Shown here: positions 46,650-55,410 of the stretch, in pieces
Numbering within the stretch: position 1 is the stretch's first letter
How the letters are laid out: every line of letters begins with the position of its first letter
The notes under the pieces: generated by a model
What the model was told of the DNA's origin: nothing
Database searches by the model: none
The model's input: the letters and a program-made list of their open reading frames with translations, nothing else
Position numbers and translations under genes: made by a program
IMG/VR virus record: IMGVR_UViG_3300009108_000751
Location: 124,001-188,000 of that record
Reading direction: 5' to 3' (one strand)
Length of the DNA stretch: 64,000 bases

Positions 46650-47783
46650 ATGGGCGGTGCAGCTGGACATATGGCACATCCTTTCGATCTTCCCGCAGTT
46701 CGAAATGGAAAAGACCTGATCAAGTTCTTTGACGACGCGTCAGAATACCTTGCCAATAATGAGTCGAGCGTAAAGATCGACGGCGTCAATGTAAGCTTTA
46801 AGCTCGTCGACGGGCCGAACGGCAAAGAGTTCGCGATGGATCGTGGAAGCTTAAGCCCGCTGGATATCGGTGGCATCACTCGAGCGAAACTTGACCAACG
46901 CTTTCCAGAGGGTCACGGTATGATCGCGGCAGGAAACGAGATGCTCGATCTGCTTAACACTGCACTCCCGGACATTCAATCAGAGCTTGAAGAGCTCGGA
47001 ATGTACGACGATCCGACAATGTTCCTAAACACGGAGTATGTTTCAGGCAAGACCAATGTGACAGATTACGACCAGAAGTTTCTGGCCATTCACGGTCTCA
47101 ACCAGTTCTACGAGAAGATATCACGCATCAAGAGTAAAGCGCGTCGACCAGGCGCTCCACGACCGGAAGGGGTAAAAGCTCCTAGTGCGGAAGTAGCATA
47201 TGACAAATCCGTCATGAAGCGTCTTATTGACAAGCTTGGAGCTGCAGCCAAGAAGCAAGGCTTCGAGGTTTACGGTGATGTCCCGGCTGCTCTCAAAGGA
47301 GATGCTCAGACTGCTGATTTCTCCGGCACTCTCTCGTCGCCGTTTGAGGTGGTGAGGTCCGAGGGCGAAGCGGAAACTAAACCCTTGTCCCAATGGCTTC
47401 AGGCAGCAAACCACCCGGGAGTTGAAAAGATAACTTTAGGTAGCGGCAAGAAGGTGAATGCTCTCAGCAAAGAGGTCTATATGTCCATTATCGATGGAGT
47501 GCCCGTTGATGAGCTTGTCCCAGACTCAGGCCAACAGCAGACTGCCATTGACGCAGCAGTCATCTACCATGCTACTCGAATGCTAGGAAACGATATCCTT
47601 GATGTGCTTACCTCACCAATGGGCGATGTTCGCGCTCACGAAGGTGTGGTTCTCCGAGACGAGCGCTTTGGTTCACGCCCAGTAAAGATCACGGGTGATT
47701 TTATCGTAGGTGGCTTGGAATCTGCGTTCCAGAAGAACGAAAGCCTTCTCAGGAACTACGTTAAAGCTATTCTTAAATCTTAA
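46650..47783 (+). CDS. Ligase-like covalent nucleotidyltransferase-fold protein (DUF6267-like) with C-terminal tag
   Basis: 'GHMAHPFD', motif I 'VKIDG.N', 'NTEYV', 'HEGVVLR', 'PVKITG'; ends 'ESLLRNYVKAIL'. Confidence 0.6.
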   Translation: MGGAAGHMAHPFDLPAVRNGKDLIKFFDDASEYLANNESSVKIDGVNVSFKLVDGPNGKEFAMDRGSLSPLDIGGITRAKLDQRFPEGHGMIAAGNEMLDLLNTALPDIQSELEELGMYDDPTMFLNTEYVSGKTNVTDYDQKFLAIHGLNQFYEKISRIKSKARRPGAPRPEGVKAPSAEVAYDKSVMKRLIDKLGAAAKKQGFEVYGDVPAALKGDAQTADFSGTLSSPFEVVRSEGEAETKPLSQWLQAANHPGVEKITLGSGKKVNALSKEVYMSIIDGVPVDELVPDSGQQQTAIDAAVIYHATRMLGNDILDVLTSPMGDVRAHEGVVLRDERFGSRPVKITGDFIVGGLESAFQKNESLLRNYVKAILKS

Positions 47784-48451
47784 TCGATCGCGGTTCGGAT
47801 GAACGCGCGCAACAGGCTTTCCTGTAAAGCTTTCCCAGATAGGATGTCAAAGATCGCCTGCTTTGAAGCATCACTCAGCTGGAAGGGAAGCATGTCTTTA
47901 AATGCCTCTTCATTCCCGTCAACCAGGTGGCGCCGCATATCGGTGCCGCTTACTGGGACAGTTTCATTGCGATCAAGGGCGACTTTGTCCAGCTTCTCAA
48001 GTACGAAATCTTGATCCAAATACCTCAGCAACTGTTCTTCGCTGTAGTTGTTTTCGATATCAACTGGGTCCGAGTAGATAGTAAAGTGATCTTCAGAGTT
48101 TTGCTCAGAGGAATTCTGTAGAAGCTCATACGCTTTGCGAATAGGCGCGCCCCCGGTGCCTAGAAGATGAAGCGTGACGTTGCTAGGTAGTATTTTGCCT
48201 AGATGATCCTCCCAGACTTTTCGCATGTCATCTCCGTAGATCGGGTGCACCCCGGGCTTCGGTACTTCGATTTTTCTTGCGCCCTGCTTGACCGTCCGCG
48301 TGTCGCTTGGATCTTTAATCTTTCTAACGCCCCTGCTAGACAGAGAGACGAAGAGCTCCACTTTGTCGTTTTCCTTTGCAGCCTTTTCGACCATAGCATG
48401 ATGCCCGGCGTGATAAGGCTTAAAACTACCTGCGACTATTCCGACTTTCAT
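47780..48451 (-). CDS. HIGH-type nucleotidyltransferase (cytidylyltransferase-like) with C-terminal tag
   Basis: 'GSFKPYHAGH', 'VSGT.MR'; ends 'ESLLRAFIRTAID'; the only clear minus-strand gene. Confidence 0.85.
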   Translation of the reverse strand: MKVGIVAGSFKPYHAGHHAMVEKAAKENDKVELFVSLSSRGVRKIKDPSDTRTVKQGARKIEVPKPGVHPIYGDDMRKVWEDHLGKILPSNVTLHLLGTGGAPIRKAYELLQNSSEQNSEDHFTIYSDPVDIENNYSEEQLLRYLDQDFVLEKLDKVALDRNETVPVSGTDMRRHLVDGNEEAFKDMLPFQLSDASKQAIFDILSGKALQESLLRAFIRTAID

Positions 48452-48465
48452 AATGAAACTCCAGG

Positions 48466-48475
48466 CATAAATATT
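48466..48475 (-). promoter_or_regulatory. Putative late promoter on the minus strand (aatatttatg)
   Basis: Reverse complement has ATATTTA upstream of the SD and ATG at 48451. Confidence 0.6.
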
Positions 48476-48535
48476 GAATCGAATTTATTATAACACACGT
48501 ATGTAGATTTACACGGTCCGGGGTAGTATTAATAC

Positions 48536-48772
48536 ATGTCTAAAAAGAGAAGATTTAAACCGGGTGACATGGTCCAGGTTTTGTCTGGGGATGATCATGA
48601 AAAATACAAGAAAGACGATGTAGGCTTAGTGCTCCCCGGGAAAATGGCGTGGCCCTTGTCAAGGGCACACTCAAACGGAAAAAGAACCCTTATGTATTCA
48701 GTCTTAATATTCGGAACTAAGCACTGGATAGATGGAAAAGCACTTCGATTGATTGAGAAGGTAAATGGATAG
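48536..48772 (+). CDS. Small SH3/KOW-like hypothetical protein
   Basis: 'FKPGDMVQV...G.V...Y.VL....W....L.LI'. Confidence 0.6.
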   Translation: MSKKRRFKPGDMVQVLSGDDHEKYKKDDVGLVLPGKMAWPLSRAHSNGKRTLMYSVLIFGTKHWIDGKALRLIEKVNG

Positions 48773-48956
48773 AGATCTCACTTATCTAAGAGAAGGAGAT
48801 CTAGTCTGTATTCCCATGCAGGAACCGCCCGTCGTAGGATTCGTTGCCAGAACTCCACCCCCAACTGCCACTTTTGTCCGGATCCTTGTTGACGGGAAGC
48901 TTGACTGGTGGCACATAACCGACTGCGATATTATAAGTTGTGTAAATCCAGAATAG
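48765..48956 (+). CDS. Small SH3/KOW-like hypothetical protein
   Basis: 'GDLV....GFV....RILVDG..W'. Confidence 0.55.
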   Translation: MDRDLTYLREGDLVCIPMQEPPVVGFVARTPPPTATFVRILVDGKLDWWHITDCDIISCVNPE

Positions 48957-48968
48957 GTGTTTTATAAT
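48940..48968 (+). promoter_or_regulatory. sigma70-like promoter GTGTAA-N17-TATAAT
   Basis: Spacing counted; upstream of dnaE. Confidence 0.7.
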
Positions 48969-48988
48969 CTTAGCACCGGAGATAAAAA

Positions 48989-51900
48989 GTGTCATTTGAC
49001 GATTTCAAGAAACCTAATCGATTCGTAGGCATGCACGGCCACGATGGTTATTCCACTTACGATGGCCTAGGATACCCAGCAGATCACCTGGACTTTGTCT
49101 TGGAGAACGGCATGGATGCCCTCTCTATTACCAACCACGGTAACTGCAACTCCCTCCCTTTCCTCTGGAAGCACGGCGAGAAACTACGCAAGCAAGGTCG
49201 AAATGTTAGAACCATCTCAGGATGTGAGTTCTATTTTGTTCCATCGCTTAAGGAGTGGGAGAAGCAGTATCAAAACCATCGAGATCGAGTAAAGGCGGAA
49301 CGGGATGCTAAAAAGCAAGAAGCCCTATCTAAGATCGATGTCAATAAAGATGCCGAGGATGATGAGGCTCAGGGGGGCCACGTTATTGAGGATGAGGAAG
49401 CCAGCAAGACTTACGACCCCGACGCCTTGGATTGGAAGCGCCGGTATCACTTAGTTGTCACAGCGCGGAACTTGACCGGCCTGCAAAACCTCTTCAGGTT
49501 AATCAAGCGCTCGTACAAGGAAGGGTTTTATCGGTTTCCACGCATTGACTTTGAAATGTTGAAGGAGCACGGGGAAGGGCTCCAGGTGTCGTCTGCCTGT
49601 CTGGCAGGCATCGCCACTGGAACCGTCTTTAAGGGGCAGGCTCACAAGAAAGATTTTGAGGAGATCATGCGGGATCTCGGTAATCTCACAGATCGCTTTC
49701 ATGATGCGCTAAGTCCGGATCGTTTCTTCTGGGAGATCCAGTTCAACTCCTTGGACGCACAACACACCACAAATCACTACCTGCTAGAGATGGCCAAACG
49801 CCACAACCTTCCTCTCATCGCCACCGCAGACAGTCACTATCCACGACCGGACCTGTGGGAAGCCCGGGAGCTCTACAAGAAGCTCGGCTGGATGCGTGAT
49901 AAGCCCACCCCTCTCCCCACCTTCGACGAGCTCAAGTGTGAGCTTTATCCCAAGAACGCGGAACAGATGTGGGAGGAGTACGGAAGGCATTACACTCAGC
50001 ACGACTTCTACAATGGCACCGAAGACATGGTCCGGCAAGCAATCGAGCGTACACATGACCTGACCTGGAACGAGTTCGAGGACGTCTGGATCGACAGCAA
50101 AGCCAAGCTGCCTAACTACGCCAATCCCCAGCGTTCACACGCGTGCTATCCCGAGCCGCCTGAGGACACCCCGTTCCAGCAGCTAGCTAAGCTGGTCAAG
50201 GCGGCGATGATCCGCGAGGGCCTAGGTGACAAGCCCGAGTACGTCGCGCGTGTCAAGGAGGAGATGGACGACATCAAGTTCCTGGGCTTCGAGAACTACT
50301 TCCTGACCATGTATGACGTGTTCCATCTCGCAGAGAAGAAGACGCTGTTCGGGCCGGCCCGTGGTTCGGGTGGTGGCTCGCTGGTCAACTACCTGCTGGG
50401 CATCACGCAGATCGACCCCCTCCCGTTTGGCCTGCTGTGGTCGCGCTTCCTGGGCCGCCACCGCACGTCCTGGCCTGACATCGACTCTGACGCGGGAGAC
50501 CGCGACGCGCTGATCGATGCAGCTCGAGTCCTCTTTGGAGAGGATGCGGTCATTCCCGTGTCCAACTTCAACACGCTGAAACTCAAGTCCATCGTTAAGG
50601 ATGTGGCCAAGTTCTACCAGATCGACTTCGCCGAAGTGAACCGGATCACTGGTCCCCTCCAGGGTGAGGTGGAACCCTTCGCCCGAGATGCCAACACCGA
50701 GAAGTCCGTCTTTGTGCTCAAGCACGACGACTGTATGAAGTACTCCGATAACTACCGGACCTTTATGGAGAAGTATCCGCACGTGGAGAAGCACGTGAGC
50801 ACGTTGTTTATGGAACAACGAGCCATCGGCCGACATGCTGGGGGCGTCCTCATCGCTGATGAGAATGAGTTAGCCGAGACCATGCCCCTGATCGGTGTGC
50901 GTGGTGAGCTCCAGACCCCCTGGACCGAGGGTATGAACTTCCGGAACCTGGAAGACAACGGTTTCATCAAGTTCGACTTCCTCGGCCTAACCCTAATGAA
51001 GGATGTGGAGAACTGCATCAAGCGCGTCCTGCGGACGCCTGACAATCCTCAGCCTAGCTTTGCGCAGATTAAAGAGTATTTTGACGAGCATCTTAACTGC
51101 CGATATGTCAAGCAGGATGACCCTAAGGTGTGGGAGCACTCCTATCACCATCAGAATTTCGCCCCGGGCCTCTTTCAGTTTACGGCTCAGGGAGCTCGCA
51201 ACTTCTGTCAGCAGGCTAAACCCGATAACATTGAGGAACTAGCGGCCATTACTGCTATCTATCGCCCGGGCCCACTCAAGGCTAATGTCCACATCAAGTA
51301 CGTGGAAGCCAAGAACGACCGGGACAACATTGTCTACGACCACCCCGTGATCGAGCGCGTCCTCGGCCCCACCTGCGGTTTCATCACCTTTCAGGAGCAG
51401 TTCATGACCCTGGCAGTCGAGCTCGCAGGGTTTACTCCCGGTGAGTCTGACAAGATGCGTAAGACGCTGGTGAAGAAGTCCTTAGACACCATCGGTAAGA
51501 AGGGTTCCGAACGTGACCAGCTGCGTAAGCAATTCGTGGAAGGTGCTCAACGCCTCCATGACCTAGATCCCAAGATCACTCACGCGCTTTTCGATAAGAT
51601 CGAGTTCTTCTCCCTTTATGGTTTCAATAAGTCGCACGCCGTGGCTTACGCCATCGATAGCTACTACGCCGCCTGGCTCTACACCTACCATCCCAAGGAG
51701 TGGATCGCTACTGTGCTCCAGTCAGAGAACAACTCCCCTAACGGTCTGGCTAAGACCATCCGGGAGGTCAAGGTCCTGGGTTACAAGTTTGCACCATCGG
51801 ATATCAACTACTCCGGTGAGGAGTGGGATTATAATCCTGAGCGAAAAGCCTTTGTACCTCCCCTGTCTTCTATTAAAGGTGTTGGTGGTAAAGCGATGGA

Positions 51901-52879
51901 GGAGATCATCGAGCATCGTCCTTTCCGCAATCTACGCGAGCTCTTCTTTAATGAGGAGGGTAAGTGGCGTCACTCCAAGGTAAATAAGACCTGCTTCGGT
52001 GCGCTCTGTCAGATTGAGGCTTTCACCTCGCTGCAGGAGTTCCAAGACGGTGACCTTGACAACCATCGCCAGCTCTACCACTTGATCGTTGATAACTACG
52101 AGCAGATCCGAAAGTCGGATGAAGGTAAGAAGAAGTGGTTGGATAAGCTAGAAGCCATCGGTGACAAGAACCGCGAGGAGGTCGATAAGATCATCTCCGT
52201 CTACACCAAGACCAAGATGCCTGAGATGGAGGAAGCCGCTCGATCTCTCGTCCTTGATGCTAATGTGATGGACTGGACTTACATCGATCACTTAGTAGAT
52301 TCCCTCAAGACTATCGAGCACCCTAAACCTCGACGACAGCTCCAGATCGATCGCTGCTTCGAACGGATTGCAAAGAACGGCGATCGTCGTGAAAAGATCC
52401 TTGAGCGCATCGATGCTTTCTTCGATCTAGACGAGGCAATGGGTTCTGTTGCGCACATTGAAGACTGGTCGCGTGATGAGAAGATTCGTCTCTACCAGGA
52501 GATCACGTCTGCTATCAATAATGCGTTGGTCTTTCCTGCCGAGGTGATGAAGCGAATCACCAAGACTGATATGCCCTCTGTCTGTGAGATCCCTGGCGGG
52601 GAGAAGGCTGTTGCTTGGGGTTGCGCCGCCGAGATCCAGAAGAAGACCACCAAGAAGGGTAAAGAGTTCTATCGCCTTCGAATGATCGATGACCAGAACA
52701 GATCTTGCTGGCTTCGAGTATGGGGTAAGTTCTTCGAGTGGGGTGAGGAGCGCGGACAAAAGCTCTACTACGAACCACCCGATTTCTCCTACTGGTTGAT
52801 GGAGGTGGATGTAGATCCTAACTGGGGCGCTTCCACCGCAGCCTTTAAGATGCGCAGGATCCCCCTAGCCGATGATTAA
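48989..52879 (+). CDS. dnaE: DNA polymerase III alpha subunit (family C)
   Basis: PHP 'H.H..YS..DG', 'DSHY'; 'GPARGSGGGSLV.YLLGIT', 'PDIDSD', 'HAGG', 'KFDFLGL', 'YRPGP', 'YGFNKSHA'. Confidence 0.96.
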   Translation: MSFDDFKKPNRFVGMHGHDGYSTYDGLGYPADHLDFVLENGMDALSITNHGNCNSLPFLWKHGEKLRKQGRNVRTISGCEFYFVPSLKEWEKQYQNHRDRVKAERDAKKQEALSKIDVNKDAEDDEAQGGHVIEDEEASKTYDPDALDWKRRYHLVVTARNLTGLQNLFRLIKRSYKEGFYRFPRIDFEMLKEHGEGLQVSSACLAGIATGTVFKGQAHKKDFEEIMRDLGNLTDRFHDALSPDRFFWEIQFNSLDAQHTTNHYLLEMAKRHNLPLIATADSHYPRPDLWEARELYKKLGWMRDKPTPLPTFDELKCELYPKNAEQMWEEYGRHYTQHDFYNGTEDMVRQAIERTHDLTWNEFEDVWIDSKAKLPNYANPQRSHACYPEPPEDTPFQQLAKLVKAAMIREGLGDKPEYVARVKEEMDDIKFLGFENYFLTMYDVFHLAEKKTLFGPARGSGGGSLVNYLLGITQIDPLPFGLLWSRFLGRHRTSWPDIDSDAGDRDALIDAARVLFGEDAVIPVSNFNTLKLKSIVKDVAKFYQIDFAEVNRITGPLQGEVEPFARDANTEKSVFVLKHDDCMKYSDNYRTFMEKYPHVEKHVSTLFMEQRAIGRHAGGVLIADENELAETMPLIGVRGELQTPWTEGMNFRNLEDNGFIKFDFLGLTLMKDVENCIKRVLRTPDNPQPSFAQIKEYFDEHLNCRYVKQDDPKVWEHSYHHQNFAPGLFQFTAQGARNFCQQAKPDNIEELAAITAIYRPGPLKANVHIKYVEAKNDRDNIVYDHPVIERVLGPTCGFITFQEQFMTLAVELAGFTPGESDKMRKTLVKKSLDTIGKKGSERDQLRKQFVEGAQRLHDLDPKITHALFDKIEFFSLYGFNKSHAVAYAIDSYYAAWLYTYHPKEWIATVLQSENNSPNGLAKTIREVKVLGYKFAPSDINYSGEEWDYNPERKAFVPPLSSIKGVGGKAMEEIIEHRPFRNLRELFFNEEGKWRHSKVNKTCFGALCQIEAFTSLQEFQDGDLDNHRQLYHLIVDNYEQIRKSDEGKKKWLDKLEAIGDKNREEVDKIISVYTKTKMPEMEEAARSLVLDANVMDWTYIDHLVDSLKTIEHPKPRRQLQIDRCFERIAKNGDRREKILERIDAFFDLDEAMGSVAHIEDWSRDEKIRLYQEITSAINNALVFPAEVMKRITKTDMPSVCEIPGGEKAVAWGCAAEIQKKTTKKGKEFYRLRMIDDQNRSCWLRVWGKFFEWGEERGQKLYYEPPDFSYWLMEVDVDPNWGASTAAFKMRRIPLADD

Positions 52880-53075
52880 TCCGGGACAACTTGTCAGAAT
52901 CACAAAGACAGCTGTGCAGGACAGTCGCCATCTAAATAAGTTGGGTGTCTTGCTGAAGGATAATGGTGTGGACGATTGTGGCATTCCAGAAGTATATATT
53001 TTAGTCGATGGTGATAGAATATGGGTATACCCAGACGGATATGAGGTGATTGATGATCAAGTTTCCGATCTCTAA
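52872..53075 (+). CDS. Small SH3/KOW-like hypothetical protein
   Basis: 'PGQLVRI...LGVL...ILVDG..W'; resembles 48765. Confidence 0.55.
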   Translation: MINPGQLVRITKTAVQDSRHLNKLGVLLKDNGVDDCGIPEVYILVDGDRIWVYPDGYEVIDDQVSDL

Positions 53076-53961
53076 GGTCGTTCTAGAGGGTTGCGACCTA
53101 AGTGGCAAGACCTCGCTCTATAACTCCATTCATAAGCGATCTGGATTCCGATGGAACATTGATGATAGGTCATCTTTGTCAATGTGCGTCTACGCTAATC
53201 AATATGATCGGGATGATTACTACCTTAGAAAGAACCTCACGATGGAGCTATCTAACCTGAACAATCACTTTGTTCTTCTCCATCCTGACCTGGACGTGAT
53301 TCATAACAGATATCTCGACCGAGGAGATGAGTTCCAGGATGTCGACTCTCTGATCGACCTGCACACAAGGTTCAGCAAGGAGTTTGAAAAGATCTGCATG
53401 TTACCTAACGTTCATGCCTTCACTTCAGGGACGCTGAAGGACCAGGCCGATCGATTGATGAGTAACTTCTCTGACTGGGAAGCAAGGACACCTGAACAGA
53501 TCGGTCGTTTGGCCTATGAGTTCGCCAAGTTCAGCCCGAACCGTGAGTGCACAACGATGCAGTTCCACTTCTACGATGACGGAACCTTTGAGGAGGTGAA
53601 TGACAATATTGAATTTACTCCTGGCGAGGAAGTGTACTACGCTCGAATCAGAGGCAAACTGATCGGAAAGATAGAAGATGAGCTTCGCGGCCGAAACCCT
53701 TATAAGCGCAAGGAGACAGACCAGTCACGAAGGTTTGTGTTCTCCGGAGAGGAATGCATCTCCTTCATCCAGGTTCTCGTTCGGGATGGTTTGATGGATG
53801 TCCACGCTGTATTTCGAAGTTCTGATACAGAGCGCAAGACAGCCACCGACATTCAGCTAATCCATTACCTAGGCAGAGAGGCCTTTAGGTTGCTCAGATT
53901 GAACCCAGATGAATATAAAGTTCGCTTCCGGTTTAACATAAACAGTGCTCACGTACTTTAA
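53053..53961 (+). CDS. Fusion of a dNMP kinase (P-loop) and a thymidylate-synthase/dCMP-hydroxymethylase fold
   Basis: N-terminal 'LEGCDLSGKTSL', 'DR...S..VY'; C-terminal 'SRR', 'CISFIQ', 'FRSSD.......D', 'NINSAHV'. Confidence 0.8.
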   Translation: MIKFPISKVVLEGCDLSGKTSLYNSIHKRSGFRWNIDDRSSLSMCVYANQYDRDDYYLRKNLTMELSNLNNHFVLLHPDLDVIHNRYLDRGDEFQDVDSLIDLHTRFSKEFEKICMLPNVHAFTSGTLKDQADRLMSNFSDWEARTPEQIGRLAYEFAKFSPNRECTTMQFHFYDDGTFEEVNDNIEFTPGEEVYYARIRGKLIGKIEDELRGRNPYKRKETDQSRRFVFSGEECISFIQVLVRDGLMDVHAVFRSSDTERKTATDIQLIHYLGREAFRLLRLNPDEYKVRFRFNINSAHVL

Positions 53962-53963
53962 TC

Positions 53964-53992
53964 TTAAACAAATCAAAATTTTTATCTAGAAT
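53964..53992 (+). promoter_or_regulatory. sigma70-like promoter TTAAAC-N17-TAGAAT
   Basis: Spacing counted. Confidence 0.55.
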
Positions 53993-54037
53993 ACCTTATC
54001 ATTAACTTACGTTCAAGGCACAGAAAGGAAAATAATA

Positions 54038-54382
54038 ATGCGCCTAGCACTAGTAACAATGTTCGCAATCGGTCTGATGGGTTGTCCCGACGACAAGGCA
54101 GCCACCACGGCTGCTGCAACCACCACAACCGGTACCGCCACAATGGCAACTGGTAATGAAGGTACGACTAATACGGAGACCACTGAGGGAACCGAAACGA
54201 ATACCGAAAATACCAACAACACTGGTAGCACCACCAATACAGAAGGTGCTGCTACTGAGACCAATGCAGCCGCGGCCAACGAAGCTGCTGCAGCAGCACC
54301 AACCACGGCAACGGAGGAAACTCCTGCCGCAACGAACACCAACACCGATGAGACGAAAACTACTAACAATAGTAACGACTAA
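54038..54382 (+). CDS. Thr/Asn/Ala/Glu-rich lipoprotein
   Basis: Lipobox 'LMG-C', low-complexity mature part, own promoter and terminator. Confidence 0.75.
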   Translation: MRLALVTMFAIGLMGCPDDKAATTAAATTTTGTATMATGNEGTTNTETTEGTETNTENTNNTGSTTNTEGAATETNAAAANEAAAAAPTTATEETPAATNTNTDETKTTNNSND

Positions 54383-54404
54383 TCAAATCGATTTTGGTAA
54401 TCGT

Positions 54405-54435
54405 GAAGGGGGCCTCTGTGCCCCCTTCTTTATTT
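54405..54435 (+). terminator. Intrinsic terminator
   Basis: gaagggggc-ctctgt-gcccccttc followed by tttattt. Confidence 0.8.
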
Positions 54436-54445
54436 GGAGACAAAA

Positions 54446-55375
54446 ATGACAAGACATGCGCTGGTGACGGGAGCCGCTGGGTTTATAGGATCTAATCTTT
54501 GCCGCAAGCTTTTGCAAGAAGGCTGGAAGGTTACAGGAGTAGACGATCTGAGCAGCGGCCATCTTGAGCTTGTCCAGGGATTAAAAGGGCTGACATTGGT
54601 CGTAAATGACTTCGCTTCTGAACCCATTGTAGAAGCTGTGGAGTCAGGAGACTTTGACGTAGTATTTCACGTCGCCGCAGTGCCACGCGTAAGCTATTCA
54701 GTCGAAAATCCATCAGATACAACTCTTAATAACGTGGCTAAGACAGTAAAGTTAATGGAGTCTTGCAGGGGAAAGATCGATAGGTTTGTATTCTCTTCGT
54801 CTTCGTCAGTCTACGGGGGCGCCGAAGTAATGCCCACACCTATAGATCAGCCTCGAGATCCAAAGTCTCCTTATGCTTGGCAGAAGTCTTCTGTAGAAGA
54901 TCTGCTTAGAATGTTTGGTAATCTATACGATTTCGACTCCGTGTGCCTGCGCTACTTTAATGTGTTTGGACCTAATCAATACGGTGACTCACCCTACTCC
55001 ACAGCCATCTCCGCATGGTGTCACGCTGTAAAAGAAGGATTACCTCTTCGAAAAGACGGCACAGGTGAACAGAGTCGTGATATGTGCTATGTTGACAATG
55101 TTGTAGATGTTAATATACGAGCAGCCAACCACGAAGGTGCACTTAAAGGTGAGGCTTTCAACGTCGCATGCGGTGATCGAACTAGCAACAATGAGATCTT
55201 GGCTGCTTTCGAGTCCCGATTTGGAGATATCGACGTAAAGCAGGCTCCATTTCGACCCGGAGATGTCATGCACACTCAGGCAGATATTTCCGAGACAGAA
55301 AGAGTATTTGGTTACAAGCCCCTTGTAAGATTTTGGGACGGTCTTGAAAAGACGTTTGACTGGTGGGGAATATAG
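54446..55375 (+). CDS. NDP-sugar epimerase/dehydratase (WbpP/GalE-like SDR)
   Basis: 'TGAAGFIG', 'VDDLSSG', 'SSSSVYG', 'PYAWQK', 'LRYFNVFGP', 'RPGDV'. Confidence 0.92.
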   Translation: MTRHALVTGAAGFIGSNLCRKLLQEGWKVTGVDDLSSGHLELVQGLKGLTLVVNDFASEPIVEAVESGDFDVVFHVAAVPRVSYSVENPSDTTLNNVAKTVKLMESCRGKIDRFVFSSSSSVYGGAEVMPTPIDQPRDPKSPYAWQKSSVEDLLRMFGNLYDFDSVCLRYFNVFGPNQYGDSPYSTAISAWCHAVKEGLPLRKDGTGEQSRDMCYVDNVVDVNIRAANHEGALKGEAFNVACGDRTSNNEILAAFESRFGDIDVKQAPFRPGDVMHTQADISETERVFGYKPLVRFWDGLEKTFDWWGI

Positions 55376-55386
55376 CAGTAGACCAT

Positions 55387-55396
55387 CATATTTATT
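55387..55396 (+). promoter_or_regulatory. Putative late promoter (catatttatt)
   Basis: ATATTTA upstream of 55423. Confidence 0.65.
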
Positions 55397-55410
55397 CCTG
55401 ATAGTGCACC

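Noticed and set aside
29399-52879. Inteins or introns in RNR, helicase or DnaE
   Set aside because: Catalytic motifs are contiguous; no C...HN-(C/S/T) junctions or LAGLIDADG motifs seen
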